DNA from: a virus | Strand: one strand, 5' to 3' | Virus record (IMG/VR): IMGVR_UViG_3300010287_000002 | DNA: 33,253 nt | Shown: positions 1 through 8,821 of the stretch, piece by piece | Layout: every line of letters begins with the position of its first letter | Position numbering within the stretch: position 1 is the first letter of the stretch | The notes under the pieces: model-generated | Seen by the model: only the letters and a program-made list of their open reading frames with translations | What the model was told of the DNA's origin: nothing | Databases searched by the model: none | Translations under genes and position numbers: made by a program

Positions 1-123
1 TCGCCCTTGCCTTCTCCCTCAGCACGTTCGCCACGGCCCTCTTTGCCTCCGGTTCTGCTTTGCGCAGCTCGCTCATCACGTCTTCAAGCCCCTTTATATG
101 TACGGTGATTGGCATTTATATCA
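1..123. repeat. Terminal direct repeat, copy 1 (identical to 33131..33253)
   Basis: Base-for-base identity read directly from the sequence. Positions 1..115 duplicate the 5' part of the minus-strand gp10-like gene (start codon 33243..33245 corresponds to 113..115). Confidence 0.95.
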
Positions 124-436
124 CCTCCGGCTCGCAATCGAGGAACATCCAGCGCCTCTTGCTGTCGTGCCTTATCGCCTTCACGACGAGCCTCATGTCG
201 TAAAATTTCACGATGTCGCCTATTTCTACTGCATCGTTATAGCGCATGGTTATCTGGTGCGTCCTTATTTCCGTGTCCTTCTGCGCAATGATGCCCGGCT
301 TTGATTTAGGTGCCTCAACCTTCGCCCAAGGCGACACTATCACGCTTTCCGTTACGCTCCACCCGCCCATGCCATCGCTGGTCTTGGTTTTGCGAATTAT
401 GCTTATCTGGTCCCGCAGTTCGCCTATGTATGTCAT
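116..436 (-). CDS. Head-tail adaptor / head closure protein (SPP1 gp16 / HK97 gp9-like)
   Basis: 106 aa. The N-terminal pattern ELRDQISI...TSDGMGGW...WAKVEA is typical of the phage head-tail joining family. ATGA overlap with the upstream connector gene; position between connector and gp10-like gene. Confidence 0.7.
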   Translation of the reverse strand: MTYIGELRDQISIIRKTKTSDGMGGWSVTESVIVSPWAKVEAPKSKPGIIAQKDTEIRTHQITMRYNDAVEIGDIVKFYDMRLVVKAIRHDSKRRWMFLDCEPEVI

Positions 437-1074
437 ATTGGGATATCTCTCTCTTGATATAGGAGCATCTCTGCAGCGGCAGGTATCTGCGTTGCGCTTG
501 TGGCAGACGAGTCAACGACAACTTCTTCCCTGTTCTCGTACCAATGACCAACCATGAGCAGCACCGCCTGCTTGCACCTCGTAGGCACAGCGCCTGCGTC
601 TCCGTAACCTGCCTTGTAAACTATCTTCACGCCAAGCCTTTCACGCAAAGGCTCAGAAGGCCAGCCCTTCCCGTACAGTACGCCATCGGGAGACAGCCAA
701 TACGCTGACTGGTCAACGTCAACCTCCGTACCGTCTGGCGTGAAGTAAGACACGGACGTTATCTCCTGCACGGGCCCCATGGGGAGCTTCAGGGGGCAGC
801 TTGGCCATTCGTTTAGGTATGCCGTTATCGTCCTTGTGACCCACGACCTGCCCTGAAACGCCTCGCCCCACTCACGCGCAACCCCGATGAGGTTCTTTAT
901 GTAGTCGTCGTCTGGATGTGATGTAACTGTGACAGGCTCTCCCTCTGGGTCGTCTGGTTCTATTTCCGTTACGATAGTATCGACCAGCCTTAGGTGTCTT
1001 TTTGCCTCTTCAAGCGTGACTGGTTCCGATTCCGGAGCGCCAATCTCTATGTACATCACATCGCCTCCCGTCAC
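433..1074 (-). CDS. Head-tail connector protein (gp6-like DNA packaging / connector family)
   Basis: 213 aa. The N-terminal VTLEEAKRHLRL motif is characteristic of gp6-like connectors. 4-nt overlaps with both neighbours. Confidence 0.7.
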   Translation of the reverse strand: MTGGDVMYIEIGAPESEPVTLEEAKRHLRLVDTIVTEIEPDDPEGEPVTVTSHPDDDYIKNLIGVAREWGEAFQGRSWVTRTITAYLNEWPSCPLKLPMGPVQEITSVSYFTPDGTEVDVDQSAYWLSPDGVLYGKGWPSEPLRERLGVKIVYKAGYGDAGAVPTRCKQAVLLMVGHWYENREEVVVDSSATSATQIPAAAEMLLYQERDIPI

Positions 1075-1280
1075 TTCTTTTTACCGCCCTTTGGCTTGCC
1101 TTGAGGCAGTACCGCCTTTTCATGAGGCTCCATAGCCTCTGTTTCAATGACAGTCTCAAGCGAAACGGCAGCCCCAACCTCGATAAACTGCCTTGCAAGC
1201 TCATCTTCTATGTCGTATATAAGGTCAGCCATCCAAATGCCGTCTGGGCTTGCAGCCGTTTTTACCATCCTTACCTTCAA
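1071..1280 (-). CDS. Hypothetical head-module protein
   Basis: 69-aa ORF with a lysine-rich C-terminus, translationally coupled (ATGA) to the connector gene. Confidence 0.45.
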   Translation of the reverse strand: MKVRMVKTAASPDGIWMADLIYDIEDELARQFIEVGAAVSLETVIETEAMEPHEKAVLPQGKPKGGKKK

Positions 1281-1300
1281 GACAACATCTCCTAACCAGC

Positions 1301-1498
1301 TTACGCTATAATCCCAACGCCTTGGAGTGCGTCTATGATGGCGTTTACTGCCTCTACTATCTGCGCATCGGTTGCTCCAGATTCGAGCTTTGCTATAGCC
1401 CCAGCCTGTACCCCTGCTTTCGTTATCTTTCCGCCAGCCTCAACCACAAGTTCGTCTCCGCCCTGCTTCCTGTACACCTTGGCATTATATTCGCCCAT
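1301..1498 (-). CDS. Small head fibre / decoration-like protein
   Basis: 65 aa. VYRKQGGDELVVEAGGKI...AIIDALQGVGII resembles small proteins annotated as head fibre in HK97-like phages. Sits just downstream of the capsid gene. Confidence 0.4.
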   Translation of the reverse strand: MGEYNAKVYRKQGGDELVVEAGGKITKAGVQAGAIAKLESGATDAQIVEAVNAIIDALQGVGIIA

Positions 1499-1741
1499 TT
1501 ATCTGCCCTCCAGTTCGTCCTTGTCCACATACCTGTGGACAATCACGCAGTTTTTGTGCCTGATTACAAGCGGGTCTTCGCTTATAATTTTCTGACTCAA
1601 ATTGCCAGCTTCCCATTCTATTTTGTAAATTCCGTCAATCTCAGCGATGGCTTTGCGTATGGTTTCTAGTATTTTGCTTTTGTATTCTCCAAGAAACCTT
1701 TTACGGTTTTCTTCGTCAAAGCCTTTGCTGTGTTCGTGCAC
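1499..1741 (-). CDS. Hypothetical protein, start codon uncertain
   Basis: 80-aa ORF called from GTG with no SD. The frame stays open about 114 nt further upstream, behind a strong AAAGGAGG, but has no canonical start there (see findings). Confidence 0.35.
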   Translation of the reverse strand: MHEHSKGFDEENRKRFLGEYKSKILETIRKAIAEIDGIYKIEWEAGNLSQKIISEDPLVIRHKNCVIVHRYVDKDELEGR

Positions 1742-1854
1742 AAATTCATATGGGATGCATACAACCGTGGACAGAATAGACGTCTCCTCGATATTGCCAA
1801 TCGTTGTCTTAACTGCTGGATAACCCGTTTTGTACGCCTCCTTTTTTTGTTTAT

Positions 1855-1874
1855 GGGGCCGAACTAACGGCCCC
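1855..1874 (-). other. GC-rich stem-loop just downstream of the major capsid gene
   Basis: GGGGCCG-aactaa-CGGCCCC: perfect 7-bp stem, 6-nt loop, starting 10 nt after the capsid stop. On the minus-strand RNA it is followed by an A-run, not a U-run, so it is not a canonical intrinsic terminator. Confidence 0.4.
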
Positions 1875-1883
1875 TATATCTCC

Positions 1884-3110
1884 TTACGCTGTTCCCAGTT
1901 TTAACCTTGCAAATGCCTCTGGAAGCACAGGCGCGCCGTCAACCCACATGCGCCCTATGAATCCCACCTGTGAGGTCGCTGCAAAAAGCTCATTTAGCCG
2001 CTGAATCTCCATGCCGAACAGTTCTGCAATCCAGTAGAACTGGAAGTTGCCAAGGATGCCTATATAGCTGCCAGAGGCGAACGTGCTTGGCGCATATTCC
2101 GACTCGTTCACGGGGAGGCTCAGAATTGTGTCTGGCTGCCCAGCTATAAGCCCCTGCTGCCACATGTAGTTGCCGTCGCCGTCTTTAAGCTTGCAAATGG
2201 CCTTTATGACGTCCCTGTGGAATATCCATTGTGCCCCGTTCCTGTACTGAGCCTTAAGCTTGTACTTCGTCTCTATAAGGCTGTCTGCCGTGATTGCCGT
2301 TGCGTTACCTGTCGGTACGTCCCTCCCCGTCGGGATACCTTTGTTGTCTGCCTTAAACACGCCAAGGGGTTTTGCACTCCCGTCGCCGTTTAAGAAGTTG
2401 TTTTCCATGGCCGTGGCAAACTTATATGTAAGTCTGTCGCGCACAAGTGCCTCGGCAGGGATTGCGCTAACACGGAGCAGCTTCATTGATATCTTGGCCA
2501 GCTTCGCAAGCTGTTGAGGTTTTAGATCCCGCTTGCCAAATTTCATATCCGTATCTGCCGTTGACGACAGGTCTTGAACCTCGGTTGTCCATACGGGGTC
2601 GCTTAAATCGGTATCAAGCGACGGAGCGCCAAGGGAGTCTGAGGTCGTTACCTGAAACACCCTTGAAATCCGCCTCACGAATACCGCATTGTCCAAAGCC
2701 TTTATCAGTTCAGCTATAAACTGCTGAGGAGGCACAAGATACCCGCCCTGAGTGCCGTCACCGGCCACTTGCAGATCCCTTAGCTCTGGCATTACTACTC
2801 CAGTCGTTATGTAGGAGCGGAAGGCGTCCATTGCCTTCGCTTCCCCGTCCTCTTTTGTGCCCTCCGCACCGACAGGCGCCCTAAATGCCCTGTTTACTGG
2901 CTTATCAAGCTCCCTTTCCTCCATCTCCTGCTCTTCAAGCCTCTTTGCCCGCTTGGCAAGAGAGTCCATCTCGTCGAACATCTTGTCGTACTGTTGCTGC
3001 TCTTCGGCCGTAAAGTCCCTATTCTCGGCCTCGGCACGATCCACGAGGGCCTTCGCCTGCTCCCAGACGTTGGCTCTTTTCTCTAACAATTCCTTTATTT
3101 TGTCAGTCAT
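1884..3110 (-). CDS. Major capsid protein, HK97 family, with N-terminal coiled-coil delta/scaffold-like region
   Basis: 408 aa. Charged coiled-coil N-terminus (KIKELLEKRANVWEQAKALVDRAE...), then a typical HK97-fold body (GGYLVP, ...LPVNESEY..., C-terminal GAPVLPEAFARLKL). Follows the protease with an ATGA overlap. Confidence 0.9.
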   Translation of the reverse strand: MTDKIKELLEKRANVWEQAKALVDRAEAENRDFTAEEQQQYDKMFDEMDSLAKRAKRLEEQEMEERELDKPVNRAFRAPVGAEGTKEDGEAKAMDAFRSYITTGVVMPELRDLQVAGDGTQGGYLVPPQQFIAELIKALDNAVFVRRISRVFQVTTSDSLGAPSLDTDLSDPVWTTEVQDLSSTADTDMKFGKRDLKPQQLAKLAKISMKLLRVSAIPAEALVRDRLTYKFATAMENNFLNGDGSAKPLGVFKADNKGIPTGRDVPTGNATAITADSLIETKYKLKAQYRNGAQWIFHRDVIKAICKLKDGDGNYMWQQGLIAGQPDTILSLPVNESEYAPSTFASGSYIGILGNFQFYWIAELFGMEIQRLNELFAATSQVGFIGRMWVDGAPVLPEAFARLKLGTA

Positions 3111-4081
3111 CCTTCCATGACCTCCTTGATTTTGTACAATTCAAGCCTTCTACGAGCGATGATGATCTTGCTCTTTGATTCCTCTTCCCATGGCGGGGTC
3201 CGGTCAAACTGCCTGTAATGGCTTCCAAGGTGTGCTTGGACTTTTGAAATGTCGGCGTCTGGGATATTCGATTGCGGCAATCTCGCCGCAGCATTCGCCA
3301 CGGCCCGCCACACCACGGTCCCATCGCTCGGCCTGTGATGGGGGAGTTTCAGGTCTCCGAAGGTATCCGGAGGCATGGACGCGGCCCAGGCGAAGTGCTT
3401 GGCAATTCGCCTCTTTTCGGCATCACTTAACTCTTCCCACTGCTCATCGGCGAAGTCCGACAAATTCGGAGCCTCCCAGGGTGTATCCTCCGGCGCCAGC
3501 TTCCTTGACACGTCGCCGGGGTCGACACCCCTTGCCTCACTGTATTTGCCCACGTGTTCCTCAAACACCTCTCTTGCGCTTCTGACGCCGACCGATGTCG
3601 ATGGATACGCCGGGTAGGTCACTGGACTTACGTCGTAAAGACGCGGGATCTTCACGAGCGTGCGTATAGGCATGTCTCCGGTGTCGTCCCATTCCTCCAC
3701 CCCGCCCTCCATGGAGAAGGCGAAGCTTGACTGGTCGATGTCGCCGCGCTTTATGTGCTCCACAAGATCCCTTCCTGCAGTGGTTTTCATGTTCGGCGTG
3801 AATTTGTAGCGGAGGCCGTATTCGTCCTCCCATACTGTTAGGGTGTTGTTTTTCGTCCGAGCCACGATCTGGGACGGGTCATGATTGAAGAGTGCCCTAA
3901 TGTCCGACGCCTGCAGAGCCTCTTTGAACGCTCCGGGGCGAATCCTCTCCCTGAAGCCCCAGAGCTCTTCTGACAGCTCGTTGAATCTGGCAGCGTAGCC
4001 GGATATCACGGGATCGGCGTCCGTGCCGCGAAGTTCGATCTCGGCGTTTACATATCTACGCTCCATATTGTTCTTGCCCAT
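3107..4081 (-). CDS. Prohead maturation protease (HK97 / S78 family) with long C-terminal extension
   Basis: 324 aa. ISGYAARFNE...IRPGAFKEAL...IRALFNHD...IARTKNNTL...GLRYKF...GDIDQSSFAF is the classic HK97 prohead protease core. About 140 extra C-terminal residues. Confidence 0.9.
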   Translation of the reverse strand: MGKNNMERRYVNAEIELRGTDADPVISGYAARFNELSEELWGFRERIRPGAFKEALQASDIRALFNHDPSQIVARTKNNTLTVWEDEYGLRYKFTPNMKTTAGRDLVEHIKRGDIDQSSFAFSMEGGVEEWDDTGDMPIRTLVKIPRLYDVSPVTYPAYPSTSVGVRSAREVFEEHVGKYSEARGVDPGDVSRKLAPEDTPWEAPNLSDFADEQWEELSDAEKRRIAKHFAWAASMPPDTFGDLKLPHHRPSDGTVVWRAVANAAARLPQSNIPDADISKVQAHLGSHYRQFDRTPPWEEESKSKIIIARRRLELYKIKEVMEG

Positions 4082-5321
4082 CCTTCTGTTTCACCTCCTT
4101 CGGTATCGGTACTGCCGATGTTATCGGCACCATGTTGCCGTTTATGAGATAGGCGTCTCCGCCCTCCTCGACCGGTATCGGGTTCATGTTCTCGAGCTCC
4201 CTTATGTCGTTTGCGCTAAGCCATCCGTCGTTTCTGCCCTTGCTGTAATACTGCGAGCGGCTTGCCACGTCTCCGCGAAGCAGGCCGTCGATCACGAATT
4301 CCACGTAATACCTCTTTTTGTCGCTTTCGCGAAAAAGCTGTCGCCTTATCTGCTGCTCCCAGTTCACGAGCCGGGGTCGGAGACAATCCTGCACGAACTC
4401 GATTGACATGTGCTCGATCGAGGCATAGCTTGGCTTCTCGAGCGACGAGATCTTGTGCAGGGGGACGCCGAAGAAGCGGGCCACCTCCTCGGCCTGATAC
4501 TTCCTCGTCTCTATGAACTGCGCGTTGTCGTTCTGTATGGTTATCTGGTGCCATTTCATGCCCGATTCCAAGAATAAAACCTTGTGGTGCTTCCCAAGCC
4601 CTGCGTACTTTTCCGTAAACGACTCCTTGAAGTTCTTCATCGCCTGCTCTGACAGTCGCCCAGGTATCTCAACTATCCCCGACGCCACGGCGCCGTTGGC
4701 GAAGAACGATGCCCCGTACTGCTCCGCTGCCAGCGCAAGCCCCGCTATTTCCCTTGCGAACATCAAAGGCCTGTATCCGCTTATGGCGTCGTTCGAAAGT
4801 CCCCGGATGTGGAAGACGTCCCTTGCGGGCAGAACAGTTATGGCCTTGTCGGGCAGGCTTATCTCGTAGAACAGGTCCTGACTCTCGTTCCGGAAGGGGC
4901 GCACGAAGGGCGCAGGAATTGGCCACAGTCCCGTGACCTCCATCCTCCCGTTTCTCTCGACGTAGGCATAGCAGTTTCCGAACAGCTCGAGCTGTGCCTG
5001 CATCATTTTTCTGAAATCAAAGCTAGACATCTCCCCGTTGGGTTCGTACTGGATTATCTCGTAAAGCCAATGCTCCCGCGCCCTCCTCCTGCCTCTAGGC
5101 TCCGTGCGCTCGTAAGTCGGCACAGGCAGCGATGCCACGGTGTTGCTTATGAGGTTGACGCAGGCGTAGACCGCCGAGACCCTGAGCAAATCTTCTTCCG
5201 TGAGGTTAAGCCCCGTTGCCGACCCCCCGCCTGAAAGCCATGACGTGAACCATTGAGGCGAAGTAGAAAAAGGCGAAGCTCTTTTTATAAATGTCTGCTT
5301 TATTTTTTGCAATATTCCCAT
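4056..5321 (-). CDS. Portal protein, HK97 family
   Basis: 421 aa. The LLRVSAVYACVNLISNTVASLP motif and synteny between TerL and the protease. Confidence 0.9.
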   Translation of the reverse strand: MGILQKIKQTFIKRASPFSTSPQWFTSWLSGGGSATGLNLTEEDLLRVSAVYACVNLISNTVASLPVPTYERTEPRGRRRAREHWLYEIIQYEPNGEMSSFDFRKMMQAQLELFGNCYAYVERNGRMEVTGLWPIPAPFVRPFRNESQDLFYEISLPDKAITVLPARDVFHIRGLSNDAISGYRPLMFAREIAGLALAAEQYGASFFANGAVASGIVEIPGRLSEQAMKNFKESFTEKYAGLGKHHKVLFLESGMKWHQITIQNDNAQFIETRKYQAEEVARFFGVPLHKISSLEKPSYASIEHMSIEFVQDCLRPRLVNWEQQIRRQLFRESDKKRYYVEFVIDGLLRGDVASRSQYYSKGRNDGWLSANDIRELENMNPIPVEEGGDAYLINGNMVPITSAVPIPKEVKQKDGQEQYGA

Positions 5322-5339
5322 CTCAAGCCTCCCTTACAG

Positions 5340-6887
5340 TCACACGGCAAACACGCCGCGGCTCTCGTATGCGCTCTCTTCTGGTACTTCCGACTGGAGC
5401 ATTGCCGATATGGCGATTACCATGGCAACCGCTGGGTCTATCCTCTCCGTTGACTTGTCCTTCGCAGGCTTTATGTTGCCCGCTGGGTCTTGTGCCACCA
5501 CCAGGTTGTCCATCGCCCACGTTAAGACAGGGTTGTTGTCGTGCCTAAGCTTCCTGCCTATAATCAGCCGTTCAAGCTCCTTGCAGGCAGGCGACATGGT
5601 CTTGAACCCCTGCCTTATCTCCATTACAGGGACGCCGTCGTTTTCAAGGTCGATGGCCCACTTGGTGGCGTTCCACGGGTCATAACCTACGACCTGCAAG
5701 AGCGGAAAACGCCCCTTTATCTCGTCCCTTATGGTCATTCTTATGTAGTCGTGGTCTATTACGTTGCCTTCCGTCGCCGTTATGTGCCCCTGCTGTGCCC
5801 ATAAGTCGTAAGGCACCCTGTCGCGCCTCACCCTTGATGCTATGTTCTCTTTAGGCACCCAGTTGTATGAAAGCACACGAACTATGCCGTCGCTGTCTGG
5901 TTCGAATATGACGGCACATGAGGATATGTCGGTTGTGGTTGAAAGGTCTACCCCCGCCCAGCACCTCAAGCTGGCCAGCTCTTCGTAATCCACCTTGCCT
6001 CCGCACTCCCGCCAAGCCTCCATGTCGATCCATCTCGTATCCTGCTGCGTCCATTGGTTGAGATAAAGCCTTCTGAACGTGTTTTGATACGCCGCTATCT
6101 CCTGCGCCCTTTGGCATTCCTGCCGAAGGAAGTCAAGCTTTATAGTTACGCCGAGGTTCGGATTGGCCTTGGCCCAGACTTTTTCGCTCGTCCAGTCGTC
6201 GTCTGGATCCGCGGAATAAAGCAGAGGCAGGAAAGTCGGATCCCTTATGGTCCCCTCTCTAACTTGCCTCGCATATTCGTGCAATTCCCAGCAGATGCTG
6301 TTCCTGTCGTACCCGGCGGTCGTGATGGCGAGCATTAGAGGCTGGCGCCTCGCTCCCATGGACGTCTGGAGCACGTCCCACAAGTCCCTATTGGGTGCAA
6401 CGTGGAGCTCGTCGTATATTACCGCATGCGCATTGAAACCGTGCTTGCTGTAGGCCTCCGCCGATATCGCCCTGTAAAAGCTGTTCGCCTCGTAGAAGAC
6501 GATCCTTTTTTGCGAGTCGACGATCCTGCATATCGACGAAAGCGCCTTGCTGTCCCTAACCATCGTCGCCGCCGCGTTGAACACCAGAGACGCCTGATCC
6601 CTGTCTGCCGCTGCAGAATATATTTCCGCTCCCGGTTCTCCGTCCCCGAAGAGCATGTACAACGCTATCGCCGCTGCCATCTCCGTCTTGCCGTTCTTTC
6701 TCGGAACCTCCACGTACGCCGTCCTGTACTGCCTTGTGCCGTCCCTATTCGTCCTCCCAAACAGCTCCCTTATGAACTTTTTCTGCCACTTTTGCAGATT
6801 GAACGGCTGTCCGGCCCACTCCCCCTTTGTGTGAGTGAGCCTCGAAACGAAATCCACAGCCCACTCTGCCTTTTTGCGAGAAAACAT
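5340..6887 (-). CDS. terL: Terminase large subunit
   Basis: 515 aa. WAGQPFNLQKWQKKFI, a Walker-A-like VPRKNGKTEMAA, and the nuclease half ...WAGVDLS...; follows TerS. Confidence 0.9.
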   Translation of the reverse strand: MFSRKKAEWAVDFVSRLTHTKGEWAGQPFNLQKWQKKFIRELFGRTNRDGTRQYRTAYVEVPRKNGKTEMAAAIALYMLFGDGEPGAEIYSAAADRDQASLVFNAAATMVRDSKALSSICRIVDSQKRIVFYEANSFYRAISAEAYSKHGFNAHAVIYDELHVAPNRDLWDVLQTSMGARRQPLMLAITTAGYDRNSICWELHEYARQVREGTIRDPTFLPLLYSADPDDDWTSEKVWAKANPNLGVTIKLDFLRQECQRAQEIAAYQNTFRRLYLNQWTQQDTRWIDMEAWRECGGKVDYEELASLRCWAGVDLSTTTDISSCAVIFEPDSDGIVRVLSYNWVPKENIASRVRRDRVPYDLWAQQGHITATEGNVIDHDYIRMTIRDEIKGRFPLLQVVGYDPWNATKWAIDLENDGVPVMEIRQGFKTMSPACKELERLIIGRKLRHDNNPVLTWAMDNLVVAQDPAGNIKPAKDKSTERIDPAVAMVIAISAMLQSEVPEESAYESRGVFAV

Positions 6888-6891
6888 CCAA

Positions 6892-7371
6892 TCACCCCAT
6901 CTGCGCCCTTAGCTTCGCCAAAAAGTCGTCCTCCCTTTCGTTCGGCAGCTCCATCCTCGCACGTGCAGCAGGAGTGAGGCCGAATTCGGCACAGAAGGCT
7001 CTAATCTGCTTGAGGCATTGGTTAGCAATCGATACTTGCGGGGCCTGTTGAAGGTATTTAACCCCGCCGTCCGACCCGCGGATAGCATATACGGTGCCGT
7101 TTTCCTTGATCCATTCGTCCGCCTGCTTCCACTTTGCATAACTTTGGCAATATCCGGCAAGGGCCGTCCTGTCAACTTTCGTCAAAAGGCCAAGCCTGTT
7201 AAGCTCCGGGGCAACCCTTTCCCACTCTTCCTTGGCGTCATCCATAAGCCAATCGGGACACTCGGGCATCGCAGGATCCGGATCGGGCTCGTTCCTGGGC
7301 AAAGGCCTCTTTGACGGATTTCCCTCAAGAACTCTTAGTTTTGTCGGCTTCCTCGGAGGCCCAGGCTTCAT
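6892..7371 (-). CDS. terS: Terminase small subunit, P27 family
   Basis: 159 aa. The N-terminal GPPRKPTKLRVLEGNPSKRPL is diagnostic of P27-type small terminases. GGGGGA SD 7 nt upstream of the ATG. Confidence 0.85.
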   Translation of the reverse strand: MKPGPPRKPTKLRVLEGNPSKRPLPRNEPDPDPAMPECPDWLMDDAKEEWERVAPELNRLGLLTKVDRTALAGYCQSYAKWKQADEWIKENGTVYAIRGSDGGVKYLQQAPQVSIANQCLKQIRAFCAEFGLTPAARARMELPNEREDDFLAKLRAQMG

Positions 7372-7384
7372 TGCAATATCCCCC

Positions 7385-7798
7385 CTACTCTAACTTGCGA
7401 AAGTTCGCGCGCGACTTGCGCGCCGGTCTTGGACAGTCAGCTTCTGGAGATTTTGACCCCCCTCCTCCGGCATGCAACCTCATGTGGCAGGAATGGCAAA
7501 GCGACATCAGGTTCTCCATAACATATATCTCTCCGCCGTTGGCAATGGGCACGACATGGTGGACTTCCGTCGCCTCCGTAATCGCTCCGTCTCTCTCGCA
7601 CATTTCGCATAGAGGATTGCTTCTAAGCTTGACCAGCCTAACCTTTTCCCACCTAGCATCGTAGCCGCGCCAGGCAGGAGTCCCGCGCATCTTGTCGTAC
7701 AGCCTGTCCCTCTTCCTCTTTTCTTCCCGTCTCTTGGTTTCAGCGAACTTCTCGCCTGGTCGTCTTGGCACGGAATTACCCCCTCTTGCCTTGGGCAT
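7385..7798 (-). CDS. HNH endonuclease (terminase-associated)
   Basis: CEMCERDG...EVHHVVPIANGGE...NLMSLCHSCHMRLH. Start set at the internal Met (MPKARGG...), because the longer ORF (to 7924) would read through a perfect 13-bp hairpin. Confidence 0.8.
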   Translation of the reverse strand: MPKARGGNSVPRRPGEKFAETKRREEKRKRDRLYDKMRGTPAWRGYDARWEKVRLVKLRSNPLCEMCERDGAITEATEVHHVVPIANGGEIYVMENLMSLCHSCHMRLHAGGGGSKSPEADCPRPARKSRANFRKLE

Positions 7799-7805
7799 GC
7801 AACAA

Positions 7806-7839
7806 ATAAGGCCGCCATGCTGACTTATGGCGGCCTTAT
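7806..7839 (-). terminator. Perfect 13-bp inverted repeat, intrinsic-terminator-like, between late activator gene and HNH
   Basis: ATAAGGCCGCCAT-gctgactt-ATGGCGGCCTTAT. On the minus-strand RNA the stem runs into UUAUUUGUUG. Confidence 0.55.
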
Positions 7840-7879
7840 GATTTCTTGACGATATCCCCGGAACATGGTCCACATTAAC

Positions 7880-7922
7880 ATTATACGACGGTTCGATGCC
7901 CCAAAAGTACCCAAATAGTACC
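7880..7922 (-). promoter_or_regulatory. Candidate activator-dependent late promoter
   Basis: Perfect TATAAT on the minus strand (plus-strand coordinates 7880..7885) with a poor -35. Two GGTACT direct repeats 11 bp apart (plus-strand AGTACC at 7906..7911 and 7917..7922) occupy the -35 region, directly downstream of the RinA/ArpU-like gene. Confidence 0.3.
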
Positions 7923-7930
7923 AACCTTCA

Positions 7931-8362
7931 TCATTCACGCATGGCAAATATGCCGCACACGAAAGGGGCTACCATTTCTATTGCTTCCCTGCGCCTTCTG
8001 AAATACTCCACTCGCGATATGCACAGCTCACTCATTATTTCGCCCGCCTGTAAACCTCTGAAGTACTTCAGCTCCACCAACCTCATTAAATCCCTCCTTT
8101 GCTGTCGGAGGACTTCCAGTGCCTTCCCAATGGCTTCCTCCTTCATGCGGAGCATTCTTAACACCTCGTCATCTTCCTTCTTGATGACTACCACCTCTGA
8201 GGGCCTTGCGCCCCCTGACGTACCCCGGTCGACTTTGACCATTGATTGGCGCTCGCACATGGCTTCAAGCCACTGCTCCCTTACCTGTCGCTGTCTGACT
8301 ATGCTAGGGTACGAATAAAGAGCATGTTCAGTAGCCCTAAAGTAAGCATTTTCCAAAGTCAT
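7931..8362 (-). CDS. Late-gene transcriptional activator, RinA/ArpU/sigma-70-region-4-like
   Basis: 143 aa. The C-terminal LVELKYFRGLQAGEIMSELCISRVEYFRRRREAIE is a region-4-type HTH. Canonical position immediately upstream of HNH and the terminase. Confidence 0.65.
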   Translation of the reverse strand: MTLENAYFRATEHALYSYPSIVRQRQVREQWLEAMCERQSMVKVDRGTSGGARPSEVVVIKKEDDEVLRMLRMKEEAIGKALEVLRQQRRDLMRLVELKYFRGLQAGEIMSELCISRVEYFRRRREAIEMVAPFVCGIFAMRE

Positions 8363-8772
8363 CGTGATCCTCCCAGCTCTTCGTTTTCCGGTCGGGATGA
8401 TACCGAGCCCTGTCCGTTCCTATTCCATTTCAGCATTTCGAAGAATGCTTCCGCATCCATGACGACTACTGGCGGTTTTCTTGATTGCTTGCATATCAGG
8501 AGCCAGTTTGTCCCGTCCTTTTTATTCACTTTGGCCTGATCTATCCATTCGGGAATGCTCCAGCGCTCCTGAAATTTGCATTCCACGCTAAAAGGAAACC
8601 GCGCAATCGCCTCGTCATCAAGTCGAACATCAACTCCCCGTTGACCCATGGGGCGGGATTCTATCGGCTTGTCACGTCCCCATTCCAGCCCGACCAGTTC
8701 CGCAATCTTAATGCACGCCCACTTCTGAAGGGCCCGGCCTTTTGCTTTTGCCGATTGCGGCTTCATCTTCAT
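8359..8772 (-). CDS. PD-(D/E)XK nuclease, Holliday-junction-resolvase-like
   Basis: GVDVRL...FSVECK gives a D...ExK motif. Size and position (end of the replication module) fit a resolvase. The start is uncertain: the ORF is open to a GTG at 8907, but that would overlap the upstream gene by 86 nt. Confidence 0.5.
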   Translation of the reverse strand: MKMKPQSAKAKGRALQKWACIKIAELVGLEWGRDKPIESRPMGQRGVDVRLDDEAIARFPFSVECKFQERWSIPEWIDQAKVNKKDGTNWLLICKQSRKPPVVVMDAEAFFEMLKWNRNGQGSVSSRPENEELGGSR

Positions 8773-8821
8773 CGCCACATGGAGGCCATCATAAACACGA
8801 TACCCGTAGCAATCGTCAGTC

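Noticed and set aside
1-123. True direct terminal repeats marking physical genome ends
   Set aside because: The repeat sits in the middle of a structural gene, and the packaging gene set (HNH, P27 TerS) points to cos ends elsewhere. A circular-assembly overlap is the simpler explanation, though read-level data are needed.
6402-6977. 191-aa plus-strand ORF antisense to TerL and TerS
   Set aside because: It is an Arg/Pro-rich shadow frame overlapping two strongly supported genes.
7799-7924. N-terminal 42-codon extension of the HNH ORF
   Set aside because: It would be translated through the perfect 13-bp hairpin and the promoter-like region. The extension has no HNH-family features. An internal Met gives a normal-sized HNH protein.
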